Shown here in pieces: positions 16,889 through 26,983 of a DNA stretch of 64,000 nucleotides. The stretch comes from Planctomycetota bacterium. GTDB lineage: Bacteria > Planctomycetota > MHYJ01 > WSZJ01. Made by a program: the position numbers and the translations under genes. Below the pieces are notes generated by a model, which saw nothing but the letters and a program-made list of their open reading frames with translations, searched no databases and was not told where the DNA came from. Each line of letters begins with the position of its first letter. Position 1 is the stretch's first letter. Where the stretch lies: positions 64,001 to 128,000 of the forward strand of contig JBBTCT010000024.1 in assembly GCA_038060895.1 (NCBI GenBank), in the 5' to 3' direction.

Positions 16889-18631
16889 CTAGGCGAGCAT
16901 CTGCAACTCGCACAGCCGCCGGTACAGGCCGCCCTTCGCGAGAAGCTCCTCGTGCCTTCCCTGCTCGGCCACCCGGCCGGCCTCCAGAACCGCGACGCCC
17001 GTCGCCTTGCGCACCGTCGCCAGCCGGTGCGCGATGACGATCGTCGTGCGCCCCTGGAACAGCCGCTCGAACGCCTTCTGCACCAGCGACTCCGACTCCG
17101 CGTCCAGGGCGCTCGTCGCTTCGTCCAGCAGCACGATCACTGGATCCTTCAGGAACACCCGCGCAATCGCGATGCGCTGCCGCTCCCCCGCCGAAAGGCG
17201 CACCCCGCGCTCTCCAACGATCGTCTCGTACCCCTTCGGCAGCTTCGCCACAAATTCCGCCGCATGCGCCGCTTCAGCCGCCGCTTTCACTTCCGCCTCC
17301 GTCGCGCCCGGCTTGCCGTAACGGATGTTCTCCGCGACGGTGCCGCCGAAAAGAAAGACGTCCTGGGGAACGAAACCGATCGCCGCACGCAGGTCGGCGA
17401 CCTTGAGGGACCGGATGTCCTGCCCGTCAACCATGACCGCGCCGGAGATCGGATCATGGAAGCGAAGCAGAAGAGAGGCCAGGGTGGTCTTCCCGGCGCC
17501 GGAGGGGCCGACCAGCGCGAGCATCTCGCCGGATGCGACGGCGAGCGTGACTCCATCCAGGGCGGGGCGGTCCGCGGAAGGATACTGGAAGCGGACGGCG
17601 TTGAAACTCACCTCCCCCTTCGAGTGAGCCAGCGGTTTCGCGTCGGGCGCATCGGCAACCGCCGGGGTCGTATTGAGGATCTCGCGGATTCGAATCGTCG
17701 CGCCGCCTGCGGCGGCCAGCCTGCCGTAGAGGGACGTCAGCGAGCCGACTGACGTCGCGACGGCGACGGTATAAAGAAGAAACGAGGCCAGCTGCCCGTG
17801 GGAAAGGCGGTCCTGCGCCGCGAGGCGCAGTCCGTACCAGACGACCAGGCCGATGGCGCACCCGGCCAGCAGTTGCACGAGCGAATGAAAAAGACCCCAC
17901 GCGACGGCGCTCTTCATCTGGATCCCGAACAGCAACCGCAGTTTTTCGCCGTACCGCGAGCGCTCTTCCGGCTCCCGGGCGAACGACTGCACCGTGCGGA
18001 TCCCGGAGAGCGCTTCCTCCGCCGCGACGTTGGTCTCGGCGAGCAGGTCCTGTTCGCGTTCGGAGACCTTTTCGATGCGCCGTGCGAAGAGGACGGCGGC
18101 GGCGATGATGGGGGGAACGGCGGCGAGCATGATGCCGGTGAGCCGCAGGTGGACGGAGAGGAGGATCGCGAGGGCGCCGGCTAGAATCAAGGAGCGCTGG
18201 AGGCCGTTCACGAGATCGCGGGTCAGGACGCCGCCGAGGATGCCGACATCGGTGTTCAACCGGGAGAGCAGTTCGCCGGTCCGTCGCGCGTCGTAGAACG
18301 CCGGCGTGAGAGTCAGCAGATGTGCCTGGAGCCGGCCGCGAAGGTCGCGCAGCATGCGTGCCGCGGCCGACTGGATGAGCCAGGATTCCAGGAAGTCGAG
18401 CGACGCGGAAACGGCGAAGAGGCCCACGAAGACGAGCGCGAACGAATTCAGTCCGCCGATCGATTTCGAGACGAACGCGACGTCGATCGACTGGCCGACG
18501 AGGTAGGGGAAGACGAGATTCAGCCCGCTGGAAGCGCAGAGCGAGACCGCCGCGACGGCGAGGCGGACGGAGTAGGGGCGGACGAGGGAAGCGAACCAGC
18601 GCCCATTGCGGGTCGGAGGAGACGCGGACAC
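16889..18631 (-). CDS. ABC exporter, fused permease/ATPase (MsbA/ABCB type)
   Basis: Six-TM domain; GPSGAGKT, LSAGERQR, LLDEATSALD, IAHRL. Confidence 0.95.
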   Translation of the reverse strand: MSASPPTRNGRWFASLVRPYSVRLAVAAVSLCASSGLNLVFPYLVGQSIDVAFVSKSIGGLNSFALVFVGLFAVSASLDFLESWLIQSAAARMLRDLRGRLQAHLLTLTPAFYDARRTGELLSRLNTDVGILGGVLTRDLVNGLQRSLILAGALAILLSVHLRLTGIMLAAVPPIIAAAVLFARRIEKVSEREQDLLAETNVAAEEALSGIRTVQSFAREPEERSRYGEKLRLLFGIQMKSAVAWGLFHSLVQLLAGCAIGLVVWYGLRLAAQDRLSHGQLASFLLYTVAVATSVGSLTSLYGRLAAAGGATIRIREILNTTPAVADAPDAKPLAHSKGEVSFNAVRFQYPSADRPALDGVTLAVASGEMLALVGPSGAGKTTLASLLLRFHDPISGAVMVDGQDIRSLKVADLRAAIGFVPQDVFLFGGTVAENIRYGKPGATEAEVKAAAEAAHAAEFVAKLPKGYETIVGERGVRLSAGERQRIAIARVFLKDPVIVLLDEATSALDAESESLVQKAFERLFQGRTTIVIAHRLATVRKATGVAVLEAGRVAEQGRHEELLAKGGLYRRLCELQMLA

Positions 18632-18678
18632 CGAGCGAGGGTACTGCGAATTCGGCCGTCACTGCTACTCTTGGGCGC

Positions 18679-21573
18679 ATGTGGGAGACCAACCTCGCCC
18701 TCGCCCGCGCGGCGCTCTCGCGCGGCCTCGCCCTCGCCCGCGACCTCGAAATGCTCGCGCCGCTCTGGCTCGGCCCCGAGCCGCGCGACGTAGTCTCGCT
18801 CCTGCTCGACCACGGGCTCATCACCGCGGCCGCCGCCGACTCCCTCCGCCGGGATGTTTCCGCCTCCGCGGCAACCCTCATCACCCCCACGCCCCCCTCC
18901 GCCCTCGACGCCACTCGCGTCGCTTCAAGCCGCCCCGGCGCCGGCACACCACCCGCGCCCCCGCTCTCCCCCGCTCCCGCCGATCGCTACGAACTCGGAA
19001 AACTGATCGGAAGCGGCGGCCTGGGGCGCGTCGTCGAAACCACGGACCGCGAGATCGGCCGGACGGTCGCGCTCAAGCTCGCCCACACCGGCGCCCCCGC
19101 CCACGTCCTGGAGCGCTTCCGGTCGGAAGCCCGCATCACCGGCCGCCTGGAGCACCCCAACATCGTGCCGGTGCACGAAATGGGCGTGCTGCCCGGGACG
19201 CGCGAGGTTTTCTTCTGCATGAAGCGGATCGCGGGCCGGGACATGCAGCAGGTCATCCGCGAACGAAAATGGCGTCTGCGGCGGCTGGTGGAGGCGTTCC
19301 GGGACGTCTGCCGCGCCGTCGCGTACGCGCACTCGCGCGGCGTGATCCACCGCGACCTCAAGCCCGCCAACGTGATGCTCGGCGACTTCGGCGAAACGCT
19401 CGTCGTTGACTGGGGACTTGCAAAGGAGCGCGGCACGGCGGAGACCGGCGGAGCGGCGGTGTCGGGAAGCGGCTCGAGTTCGGACAACATGCGCCAGAGC
19501 GGATCCTCGCTCACGGTCGCGGGCGACGTCCTCGGCACGCCGTCGTACATGCCGCCCGAGCAGGCCCGCGGGAAAATCGAAGAAATCGACGAGCGGTCGG
19601 ACGTCTACTCGCTCGGAGCGATCCTCTACGAAATCCTCACCGGCAAACCCCCGTTCAGCGGCAAGTCCCACCTCGAGACGCTGCTCTCCGTCATCGAGGA
19701 CCCCGTCATTCCGCCCGCGGGCGCACCTCCCGAGCTCGTTTCCGTCTGCCTGCGCGCCCTCTCGAAAAAAAAACACGATCGCTTCGGTTCGGCGGCGGAC
19801 ATGGAAGAAGCGGTGGAAGCGTGGCTGGAAGGAACGCTCGAGCGCGAGCGGCGCGAGCGGCTGGCGGAGGAGCAGTACGGGGAAGCGCAGAAGGCATTCG
19901 AGTCCTGGCGCCGCCTCCGCGGCGAAGGGCGCATGGCCTCCGCCGTGGCCCGCCAGGCCCGTGAAGAAATGAAACCGTCGGCCGCGCGCGAGGAGAAACG
20001 CGGCGTCTGGGAAGCGGAGGACCGCGTGAAGGCGCTGGAAGCGGAGTCGATCGAGGCTTTCAGCGCCGCGAGCGCGGCCCTGGCCTCGGCGCTCGGAAAC
20101 GCCCCCTCTCACCCCGGGGCGCGGCGGCTGCGCGCCGAGCTTCACTGGGAGCGGTTCCTGGAATCAGAGGAAAGTGGCGACGAGAAGAACGCGCTCCTCA
20201 ACCGCCGCCTCTCGGAGCGCTTCAATGACGGCAGCCTGGACGCGGCCCTGCGCGGCGAAGGCGTCCTCGCCGTGGCAGCGCGCGCCTGGCCGTGCGCGTG
20301 CCTGGTGGAGGGACGGGAAGTCCGCCCCGAGGAACTGGACGTCCTCGGCACGCACCCCTGGAGCGGCCGATGGAGAGCGGAACCCGCCGACGACCGGGGG
20401 CGCTCGCTCGAACCCGAGGGACCGCTTCGGCTGAAAGTCCATGCGCGCGCGTGCCTTCCGGGAGCGGTCGAGGGGGCGGACGTCTGGGCGTTCCGGTACG
20501 AAGAACGGGACCGCGTGCTCGTGCCGGTGACGCCCGCAGGTGCCTCAGGCCCGCCAGTCCCCGCGTCCGTCCTGGACCGGCTCTTCCCGGATTCGCCCTA
20601 CCGGCCCTCCGGCACGGGCCTTCATCTCGGGAAGACTCCGGTCGCGCCGCGCGCCTGGCCGATGGGGTCCTGGCTCCTCGTGCTCGCGCAAGCAGGATTC
20701 GAGCCGGCGCGCTTCCCCGTCCTCGTCCAGCGGCAGGAAAGCGTCGGCGCGGCGGTGACGCTCTTCCGTCCCGGCGAAATCCCCGGGGGCTTTCTGCCCG
20801 TGCGCTCGGGACCCTTCCGGTTCCAGGGCGATCCGGGGAATCCGTACACGGAGCCGGCGGAAGCGCGCTTCCTGGACGATGTTTTTATTTCGCGCTTCCC
20901 TACGACCTGCCTCGAGTACGCGGAATTCCTGGGAGAGCTGGCGAAGGAGAATCTCGCGGAATCGGAGAGGCGGGCGCCGCGCGAGTCCACGGGGGCTTCG
21001 GCGTCGTGGGCGTTCGATGGGAAGGGGTTCCCGGTGCCGACGGCAGAGTGGCGGAAGACGGCGCCGGCGGAGCTGTCGGCGCGCGCGAAGCCGTTGTCGT
21101 ACGCGGCGCTGGAGTGGCTGGAGGACTGGCCCGTGTTCGGGCTCGACTGGCACGACGCGGCGGCGTATGCGCGGTGGCGGGCGAGACGGGAAGGGCGGCT
21201 GGTGTGCCTGCCGCACGAGGTGTGGTGGGAGAAAGCGGCGCGGGGGCCGGACCGGCGGGCGTTTCCGTGGGGGAATGTGTCCGACCCGGCGTTTTCGAAC
21301 ACGCAGCTGTCGCAGCCGGTCTCGATCCGGCCGGCGAGGGTGACGGAGTTCCCGCTGGACGAGTCGCCGTACGGGGTGAGGGGGATGGGAGGAAACATCC
21401 AGCAGTGGGCGCTGAACGAGAACGTGAAGGCGGGGCGGCGGTGGCAGATGATCCGCGGCGTCTCGTGGCCGCAGTCGCACGCGCAGGCGAGGTCGAGTTA
21501 CCGGACGGCGGCGACGAAGGACTACGTGAATTTTACGGTGGGGGTGAGGCTGGCGGCGGTGGTAAGGCTGTAG
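18679..21573 (+). CDS. Ser/Thr protein kinase with C-terminal FGE-sulfatase (SUMF1) domain
   Basis: IGSGGLG, VALK, HRDLKPAN, DWG, GTPSYMPPE; C-terminal WEKAARGPD..FPWG..SPYGVRGMGGN. Confidence 0.92.
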   Translation: MWETNLALARAALSRGLALARDLEMLAPLWLGPEPRDVVSLLLDHGLITAAAADSLRRDVSASAATLITPTPPSALDATRVASSRPGAGTPPAPPLSPAPADRYELGKLIGSGGLGRVVETTDREIGRTVALKLAHTGAPAHVLERFRSEARITGRLEHPNIVPVHEMGVLPGTREVFFCMKRIAGRDMQQVIRERKWRLRRLVEAFRDVCRAVAYAHSRGVIHRDLKPANVMLGDFGETLVVDWGLAKERGTAETGGAAVSGSGSSSDNMRQSGSSLTVAGDVLGTPSYMPPEQARGKIEEIDERSDVYSLGAILYEILTGKPPFSGKSHLETLLSVIEDPVIPPAGAPPELVSVCLRALSKKKHDRFGSAADMEEAVEAWLEGTLERERRERLAEEQYGEAQKAFESWRRLRGEGRMASAVARQAREEMKPSAAREEKRGVWEAEDRVKALEAESIEAFSAASAALASALGNAPSHPGARRLRAELHWERFLESEESGDEKNALLNRRLSERFNDGSLDAALRGEGVLAVAARAWPCACLVEGREVRPEELDVLGTHPWSGRWRAEPADDRGRSLEPEGPLRLKVHARACLPGAVEGADVWAFRYEERDRVLVPVTPAGASGPPVPASVLDRLFPDSPYRPSGTGLHLGKTPVAPRAWPMGSWLLVLAQAGFEPARFPVLVQRQESVGAAVTLFRPGEIPGGFLPVRSGPFRFQGDPGNPYTEPAEARFLDDVFISRFPTTCLEYAEFLGELAKENLAESERRAPRESTGASASWAFDGKGFPVPTAEWRKTAPAELSARAKPLSYAALEWLEDWPVFGLDWHDAAAYARWRARREGRLVCLPHEVWWEKAARGPDRRAFPWGNVSDPAFSNTQLSQPVSIRPARVTEFPLDESPYGVRGMGGNIQQWALNENVKAGRRWQMIRGVSWPQSHAQARSSYRTAATKDYVNFTVGVRLAAVVRL

Positions 21574-21585
21574 AGGCTGCGGAGG

Positions 21586-22035
21586 CTAACGGATTTGGGC
21601 CATCGGGATGCCGTCGTCGGAGGTGCATCGCGGCACGTGCACGTTGCGAAGTTCTTCGATGACGTCGTCCTCGGCCTTCAGCCCGAGCAACCCGGAGAGC
21701 CTCTTCCGCTGGCTCCCTACGACCGCGAAGAGCCCTCTTGCGAGCGGCATCAGTGCGGGCGTCGAAAGCCGTTCGGCCCACTCCCGGTATTCGACGAGCG
21801 CCCAGAGCGAAATGAGCCACGCCTTGGTCCCTTTCCAGACCTCGCCCGTGTCCGCGACCACGGTGAGTTCTTCCGGCTGCTCCGGCAGCTCGAGACCGGG
21901 AAACTGCTTCGCGGACGCCGCCGACCGCGCGGGGACGAAATCCACCTCGACGAATTTCGGCTGGAGCCCGAGCCAGTGGCGGCAGGTCACGCAGAAGCCG
22001 CACTTCGCGTCGTAGAGCAGCGTGAGCCGGGTCAT
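21586..22035 (-). CDS. DCC1-like thiol-disulfide oxidoreductase (DUF393)
   Basis: LLYDAKCGFC (DxxCxxC) motif. Confidence 0.85.
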   Translation of the reverse strand: MTRLTLLYDAKCGFCVTCRHWLGLQPKFVEVDFVPARSAASAKQFPGLELPEQPEELTVVADTGEVWKGTKAWLISLWALVEYREWAERLSTPALMPLARGLFAVVGSQRKRLSGLLGLKAEDDVIEELRNVHVPRCTSDDGIPMAQIR

Positions 22036-22096
22036 GGGAGTCGCTCCGAAGTCGGGCCGCCCGCCGGCGCGTGGCCGGCGGGCCTGGGCAGGACGT

Positions 22097-22507
22097 CTAC
22101 GCCACGCCGGGAGCCTTCGAATTCCGGATGGCGTCGGGTGCGACGGGCGGCGGTTGGTGCTTGAGCATCGCGCGGCGGCGCATGCGGCTGAAGACGTAAA
22201 TATTGAAGAAGTGCATGACGCCGAGGACGAGGAGGACGAGGCCGATGCGGGTGCTGAAGGATTCGATGGCGCCGACCAGGGTGTCGGGCTTGTCGCCGTA
22301 CTTGAGGGCGAGGCAGACGTAGCCGACGTTGATGAGGTAGAAGCCGACGACGAGGAGGTGATTGACGGAATCGGCGAGGGCTTCGTTCTGGAGGAACGAG
22401 TCGACGAGGAAGATACGGCCGTTCTTGTGGAGCGTGCGGGCGACCCAGATGGTGGTGGCGATGCTGGCGGTGAGATAGGCGAGGTAGGTCCAGGTGGTGG
22501 GGTTCAT
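22097..22507 (-). CDS. Conserved three-TM membrane protein
   Basis: VARTLHKNGRIFL..LADSVNHLLVVGFYLIN..LGVMHFFN; GGAGG RBS. Confidence 0.8.
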   Translation of the reverse strand: MNPTTWTYLAYLTASIATTIWVARTLHKNGRIFLVDSFLQNEALADSVNHLLVVGFYLINVGYVCLALKYGDKPDTLVGAIESFSTRIGLVLLVLGVMHFFNIYVFSRMRRRAMLKHQPPPVAPDAIRNSKAPGVA

Positions 22508-22601
22508 GGCAGGCCCTCCGAAAGGGGTTGAAGGCGGAGGGAGGAAGTGCAAACGGGGGGCGAGAGCAGGGGGTGGGCGCTAAGTCCTGCACTTGTCAGA
22601 A

Positions 22602-22621
22602 GTTTCGGTTATTACAGAAAC
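22602..22621. promoter_or_regulatory. AT-rich palindromic operator candidate
   Basis: GTTTCgGTTATTACaGAAAC imperfect palindrome upstream of the 22507 operon. Confidence 0.4.
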
Positions 22622-22820
22622 AATCGACGGCTGCCGAAGTGCGGCAGTGGTGCTGGAGCGGCGCGGATCTGCCGCAGAAGGCGCCGGGCGTCGCCGTGAC
22701 GACAAATCGGGAGCTAGTGCGGGAAATCTGCGGTCAACGGATTGATTTCGAGAATTCGACATGTCTACGATGCCCCGTTCAAACTTCACCAGCCTTCTCC
22801 CCCAGCTTCGGAGCACCGTC

Positions 22821-23357
22821 ATGACAGCGGATACTTCGCTTGTTCCGGTCGAGCGAGTGGAGCGACGGATCCTTCTTCTGCGTGGAGGGCGGGTCATCCT
22901 CGACGCGGATCTGGCGGATCTCTATGGCGTCCCAACGAAACGCCTCAATGAGCAGGCCAAGCGAAACCACTCGAGATTTCCAGAGGACTTCATGTTCCGA
23001 CTGACTCGGAGGGAAGCGTCCGTCGTGAACCGGTCGCAAATTGCGACCGGTTCCCGGAAACATCGCGATCCCCGCTTCAGGCCGTTCGCCTTCACGGAGC
23101 ACGGGGCCATCATGGCGGCGAACGTCCTGAACAGCCCTCAAGCCGTCGCCGCCAGCGTGCTCGTCGTGCGGGCCTTCGTGCGTCTGCGGCACCTCACCGA
23201 GTCTCACCGCGAAATCGCGGCCAAGCTTCAGGAACTCGAGAAACGCGTCGGCGGGCACGGTGCAGCCATCCAGGAAATCGTCTCTGCAATCCGGCGGCTG
23301 ATGGATCCGCCGCGTGAACGACGGCGGAAGCGGATCGGCTTTCATCTGAAGCGCTGA
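22821..23357 (+). CDS. ORF6N (KilA-N-like) DNA-binding protein
   Basis: RVILDADLADLYGVPTKRLNEQAKRN..RFPEDFMFRL..AFTEHGAIMAANVLNS..RIGF. Confidence 0.92.
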   Translation: MTADTSLVPVERVERRILLLRGGRVILDADLADLYGVPTKRLNEQAKRNHSRFPEDFMFRLTRREASVVNRSQIATGSRKHRDPRFRPFAFTEHGAIMAANVLNSPQAVAASVLVVRAFVRLRHLTESHREIAAKLQELEKRVGGHGAAIQEIVSAIRRLMDPPRERRRKRIGFHLKR

Positions 23358-23506
23358 CGGCAAATTGACATTCCAATCTGCGCAGGGGTTGCACTTCGCC
23401 GCCGTCTGACGCACCCCGGGTGGATCGGGGGAGTCCCAGGCGGGTATTCAACCCCGACCCCCGCCGTTCCTATCCCGTTACTCATCGGCACTCTTGCCAT
23501 GGCGAA

Positions 23507-24310
23507 TCACTTCTTCTCCGGTTCCTCCGTAGCTTTCGTCTTCAACGCCGGCTTTGCGTCAGTCCCGAACGCCTTCAGAACCCTCGCGAATTTCCGCTCG
23601 CCGATCACACTGGCTCGTTTGAGGATCCCGCCGTTGGACGTCCATTTGCCCTCCCACGGTAAGTCCTTGTGGAAGATCATCGGGTTTCCGGCCTTGTCCA
23701 GTCGGCGGCGGAAGGGAATCTTGTCGCTCATCCAGAAAGTCTCCACCCGCTTCTTCTGGTCGCTGCCGGGGGTGTGTTCGAGCGTCCACTTCTCGCACTG
23801 GAATTTCTCCTCGCCCACCGTGACCTCTTCCTTCGCCGGAGAAACCGTGCAGGTGGCCCGCTCGGAAGCGCTCAGCCTGCGGTCTTCTTCCGGCGGAATC
23901 TTGGGTCCGGCAACCGGATTTCCTCCCCCCTGCGAGACCCCCATAATATGGCGTTCCGTCACTCGCAGCTTCCGGCCGACTTCGCCTGGCTTACCTGCGT
24001 ATCCCAACAGGACAAGGTTGGATGCCTTGGAAACCCCGAGCAACTGGACTTCTGCTTCGCGCTTTCCCGTGGCCTTGTCAATCCACGCGACGGACCTCTC
24101 AATCCAGACCACGTTTTTTTCCACCTCGGTGCACGCAAGCCGGGAAGTGACGACGTCCATGGCGTCGGGATCGGCGTACTCAACCCAGTCACCCGCTTTG
24201 AGCGCGGCAACGTCGTATTCGTAAAACGCCGTCTCTTCGACTTCGGTTTGTTGAGCTGAAGCAGTGGCACCGGTAAGGAGCACCACCGCGAAGCAGGTGA
24301 CAGACTTCAT
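23507..24310 (-). CDS. Secreted hypothetical protein
   Basis: AAGGAG RBS, signal peptide, beta-rich (KAGDWVEY..EEVTVGEEKFQC..ETFWMSDKIP). Confidence 0.7.
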   Translation of the reverse strand: MKSVTCFAVVLLTGATASAQQTEVEETAFYEYDVAALKAGDWVEYADPDAMDVVTSRLACTEVEKNVVWIERSVAWIDKATGKREAEVQLLGVSKASNLVLLGYAGKPGEVGRKLRVTERHIMGVSQGGGNPVAGPKIPPEEDRRLSASERATCTVSPAKEEVTVGEEKFQCEKWTLEHTPGSDQKKRVETFWMSDKIPFRRRLDKAGNPMIFHKDLPWEGKWTSNGGILKRASVIGERKFARVLKAFGTDAKPALKTKATEEPEKK

Positions 24311-24343
24311 GACGTGGCTCCTTTGATTGAACTCGGCTGGCTG

Positions 24344-25435
24344 CTACCAGCCCTTCATCAGTTCTTCCCGCCCCTTCGCGTCGTACACCTCCGGGAACTT
24401 CGCTCCCTTCTTCCCCGTCACCTTTCCCAGCGCTTCGTGCACCTTCTTCGCCAGGGTCACCGCCATCGGCTTCATCCACTTGTCCTCGGACGGCTCAGGG
24501 TACGCGTCCACCAGCGCCTTCCTCGCCGTTTCGCTCGCCCCCTTGTTCCTCTGCGCGATCTCCACGATCGCGTCCACGCTGATCCCCGTGAGCCCGTTGT
24601 TCGGCGCCGCTTTCGTCCCGGGCGCGAGGGCCGCAATCGAGGCCTCCCCTCCGCACTTGCCCAGCGCCTTCGCCGAGCGGCAGCGCACGACGTTCGGATT
24701 GCGCGACTCGCCGGGGTCCTTGAGAAGCACCTCGAGAGCGGGCGTCGCCTTCGGATCGGGGGCCGCGGAGAGGGCGTCGAGGACCTCGTATCGGAATGCG
24801 TCATTGGCCACGGCCAGCAGCTCCGTCGCGCGGGCGGCGATCATTGCGGGGCCCTGCTTCACGACGATGCGAAGCGCGAGCGTCTTCACGACGATGTCCA
24901 CGTCGCCAAGAAGTTTTTCCGACTTCTCCGCAGTCGGCGCCGCGTGCAGCTCCGCGGCCTTTTTCTCGGCTTCGCGCCACGCCGCAAGCCCCGCGCCTCC
25001 TTTGCCGCCCTTCGCGCTCTCGACGTTCGCCACGAAATCGTCGACCTCGCGCTCGGCCGCGCCCGTCACCTGAAGCGTCGCGGCGTCGAGGAACAGCAGC
25101 CCCGGCCAGCCGGTCACGCCGCAGCGGATCGAGATGCGTTCGGCCATGCGGTCGGCGTCGCTTCCCGTGAAATCGCGGTAGACCCAGACCCACTCGACCT
25201 TGTCGTAGACCGGCTTGAGTGCCGCGTTCGGGAGCAACTGCTCCTCAAGGACGACGCAGTGGGGTCAGTAGGTCTTGGTGAAGTAGAGGAACACGGGCTT
25301 GCCGGACTTTGAAGCGGCCTCCAGCGCGGCGCCGAAGTCCTTGGTCCAGGGAGCGCCGGGGGGAGGGTTGGACGAATCCGCGAGGGCCACGGAGGCGGCA
25401 ACAGCGAACACAAAAACGTATGGAGCGGCAATCAA
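24344..25435 (-). CDS. Probable selenoprotein: secreted thioredoxin-like (UPHC) + HEAT repeat protein, in-frame TGA at 25265-25267
   Basis: GGAGG + TTG start at 25435; signal peptide; WTKDFGAALEAASKSGKPVFLYFTKTY-TGA-PHC continues in frame into track ORF 24344..25237; hairpin downstream of the UGA. Confidence 0.85.
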
Positions 25436-25478
25436 GGGCGCCTCCGCAAATAAAAACAGCCGCTGGCAAAGCGGCCGT

Positions 25479-25534
25479 TTTCACTTTTCGTTTTTCGTTT
25501 TTACTTTTTCGTTTTTCGTTTCGTTGTTGCCGTT
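25479..25534. repeat. TTTTTCG heptamer array (single arm)
   Basis: Ends in CGTTTCGTTGTTGCCGTT, identical to the right arm of 13634..13784. Confidence 0.8.
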
Positions 25535-25539
25535 CTTCC

Positions 25540-26898
25540 CTACTTCCCCGTGCTGGTCGTCCCGCCATTGGGATCCACCGGCGGCAGATCAAATAACGCC
25601 GCCTTCGCCGTAAACACCATGTTGTAGTCGTTCCTCTGCACCGCGCTCTCCAGCGCGACCTCGAACGACGGCGCCATCATCCCGTTGAACTTCTCCGTCC
25701 CGTTGATCTTGATGATCACCGGCTTCTTGAAATCCACCAGCTGCTCGTTCAGCCACACCGTGACCTTCGGGTTGAATTTCGTGAACTTCACGTCCACCAC
25801 GTTGTCCTTGATCTCTCCTTCAATCCGGCACCGCTCGCCGGCCGTCCCGGGAATCTCCTCGATGCTCAGCCAGTAGCTGTAAGGCCGGTACTTGCGCGTC
25901 GGCATCCAGATCAGCTGCCTCGGGTACGCATTCCTCGTCTTCGCCAGCATCCATTCGACGATCGGACCCAGGCTGTCCGGCGGATAGCCGTGCCCGATCC
26001 CCTGGTACTCGTGGTACTCGTACGTGTACCCCCACTCCTTGAACTTCGCGTCCGCGTACCGGCTCCCGTGCACCGGGACCTGCGGGTCGTCGGGGCAGTT
26101 ATAGAAGCGCACCCAGGTGTTCTTGAAGTTCTCGAGGCAGCCTGGCTCGTGGTACAGCACGCGCCCGTTTTCGTACCGCACGATCGGCGCCGAAGCGCAC
26201 GGCCCGACCGCCGCGAACAGGTCCGGGTGGTGTCCGCCCATCCCCCACGAGCCATACCCGCCCATCGAGTGCCCCGCGACGTAAATGCGGTTCGTGTCGA
26301 TAGGGTACGTGGCCTTCATCTCGTCGATGAGCATGTGCAGCCATTCCTGCTCGTTGTCCTTGTTCCATTCGCCTTCCGTCAGCGGCTCCAGCACCCACGG
26401 CGCGACCTGGATGCACTTCGAATTCGCCCCCGCCCACTGCCCCGCCGCGCCTCCCGCGTCCGCCGAGTTCTTGCCGCCTCCGTGCAGCGCGATGAACAGC
26501 GGCACCGGCCGGCCCTGCTTGGCTTTCCCTTCGCCGGCGACCAGGTAGTGGCCCTTGTGGTCCTTCTTCCACTGGTCGTCCGTGAAGAGCCGTTCGGGGA
26601 GCACCGTGTAGTTGTTGCTCTTCCCCTCGGACTTCTTCCCGTTCTGCATGATGACGTTGAACACGGTCGGGAGCTGTTTGGCGATCTGGTCGCCGGAAAT
26701 CTCCAGCGCCTTGATTTCGGTCATGATCGCCGCCCGGTCCTTCGCCTCGGCCTTCACATACTTCTGCAGCAGCTCGGCGAAGGCCTTCTTTTCCTTGGGG
26801 CCCCACGGCTTCTTGGCGGGCGGCGGATCGCCGGCAAGGACGGTGGCAAACAGCGCCGCGAAGGCACAGAGCGGGAAGACGAATCGAAGGGCTTTCAC
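25540..26898 (-). CDS. Secreted alpha/beta hydrolase (carboxylesterase-like)
   Basis: GTG start VKALRFVF signal; ALHGGG, NRIYVAGHSMGG (GxSxG), DDPQV, GIGH. The track's longer N-terminus is a shadow frame of the cyclase gene. Confidence 0.85.
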   Translation of the reverse strand: MKALRFVFPLCAFAALFATVLAGDPPPAKKPWGPKEKKAFAELLQKYVKAEAKDRAAIMTEIKALEISGDQIAKQLPTVFNVIMQNGKKSEGKSNNYTVLPERLFTDDQWKKDHKGHYLVAGEGKAKQGRPVPLFIALHGGGKNSADAGGAAGQWAGANSKCIQVAPWVLEPLTEGEWNKDNEQEWLHMLIDEMKATYPIDTNRIYVAGHSMGGYGSWGMGGHHPDLFAAVGPCASAPIVRYENGRVLYHEPGCLENFKNTWVRFYNCPDDPQVPVHGSRYADAKFKEWGYTYEYHEYQGIGHGYPPDSLGPIVEWMLAKTRNAYPRQLIWMPTRKYRPYSYWLSIEEIPGTAGERCRIEGEIKDNVVDVKFTKFNPKVTVWLNEQLVDFKKPVIIKINGTEKFNGMMAPSFEVALESAVQRNDYNMVFTAKAALFDLPPVDPNGGTTSTGK

Positions 26899-26983
26899 GG
26901 GTCGCGCCTCCGGTCGAATGCGAGGGAAGAACGAGGATACCAAGCGAGGATCGTGGGCTGGCTGAAATTCCGGGGCCGCGCCC

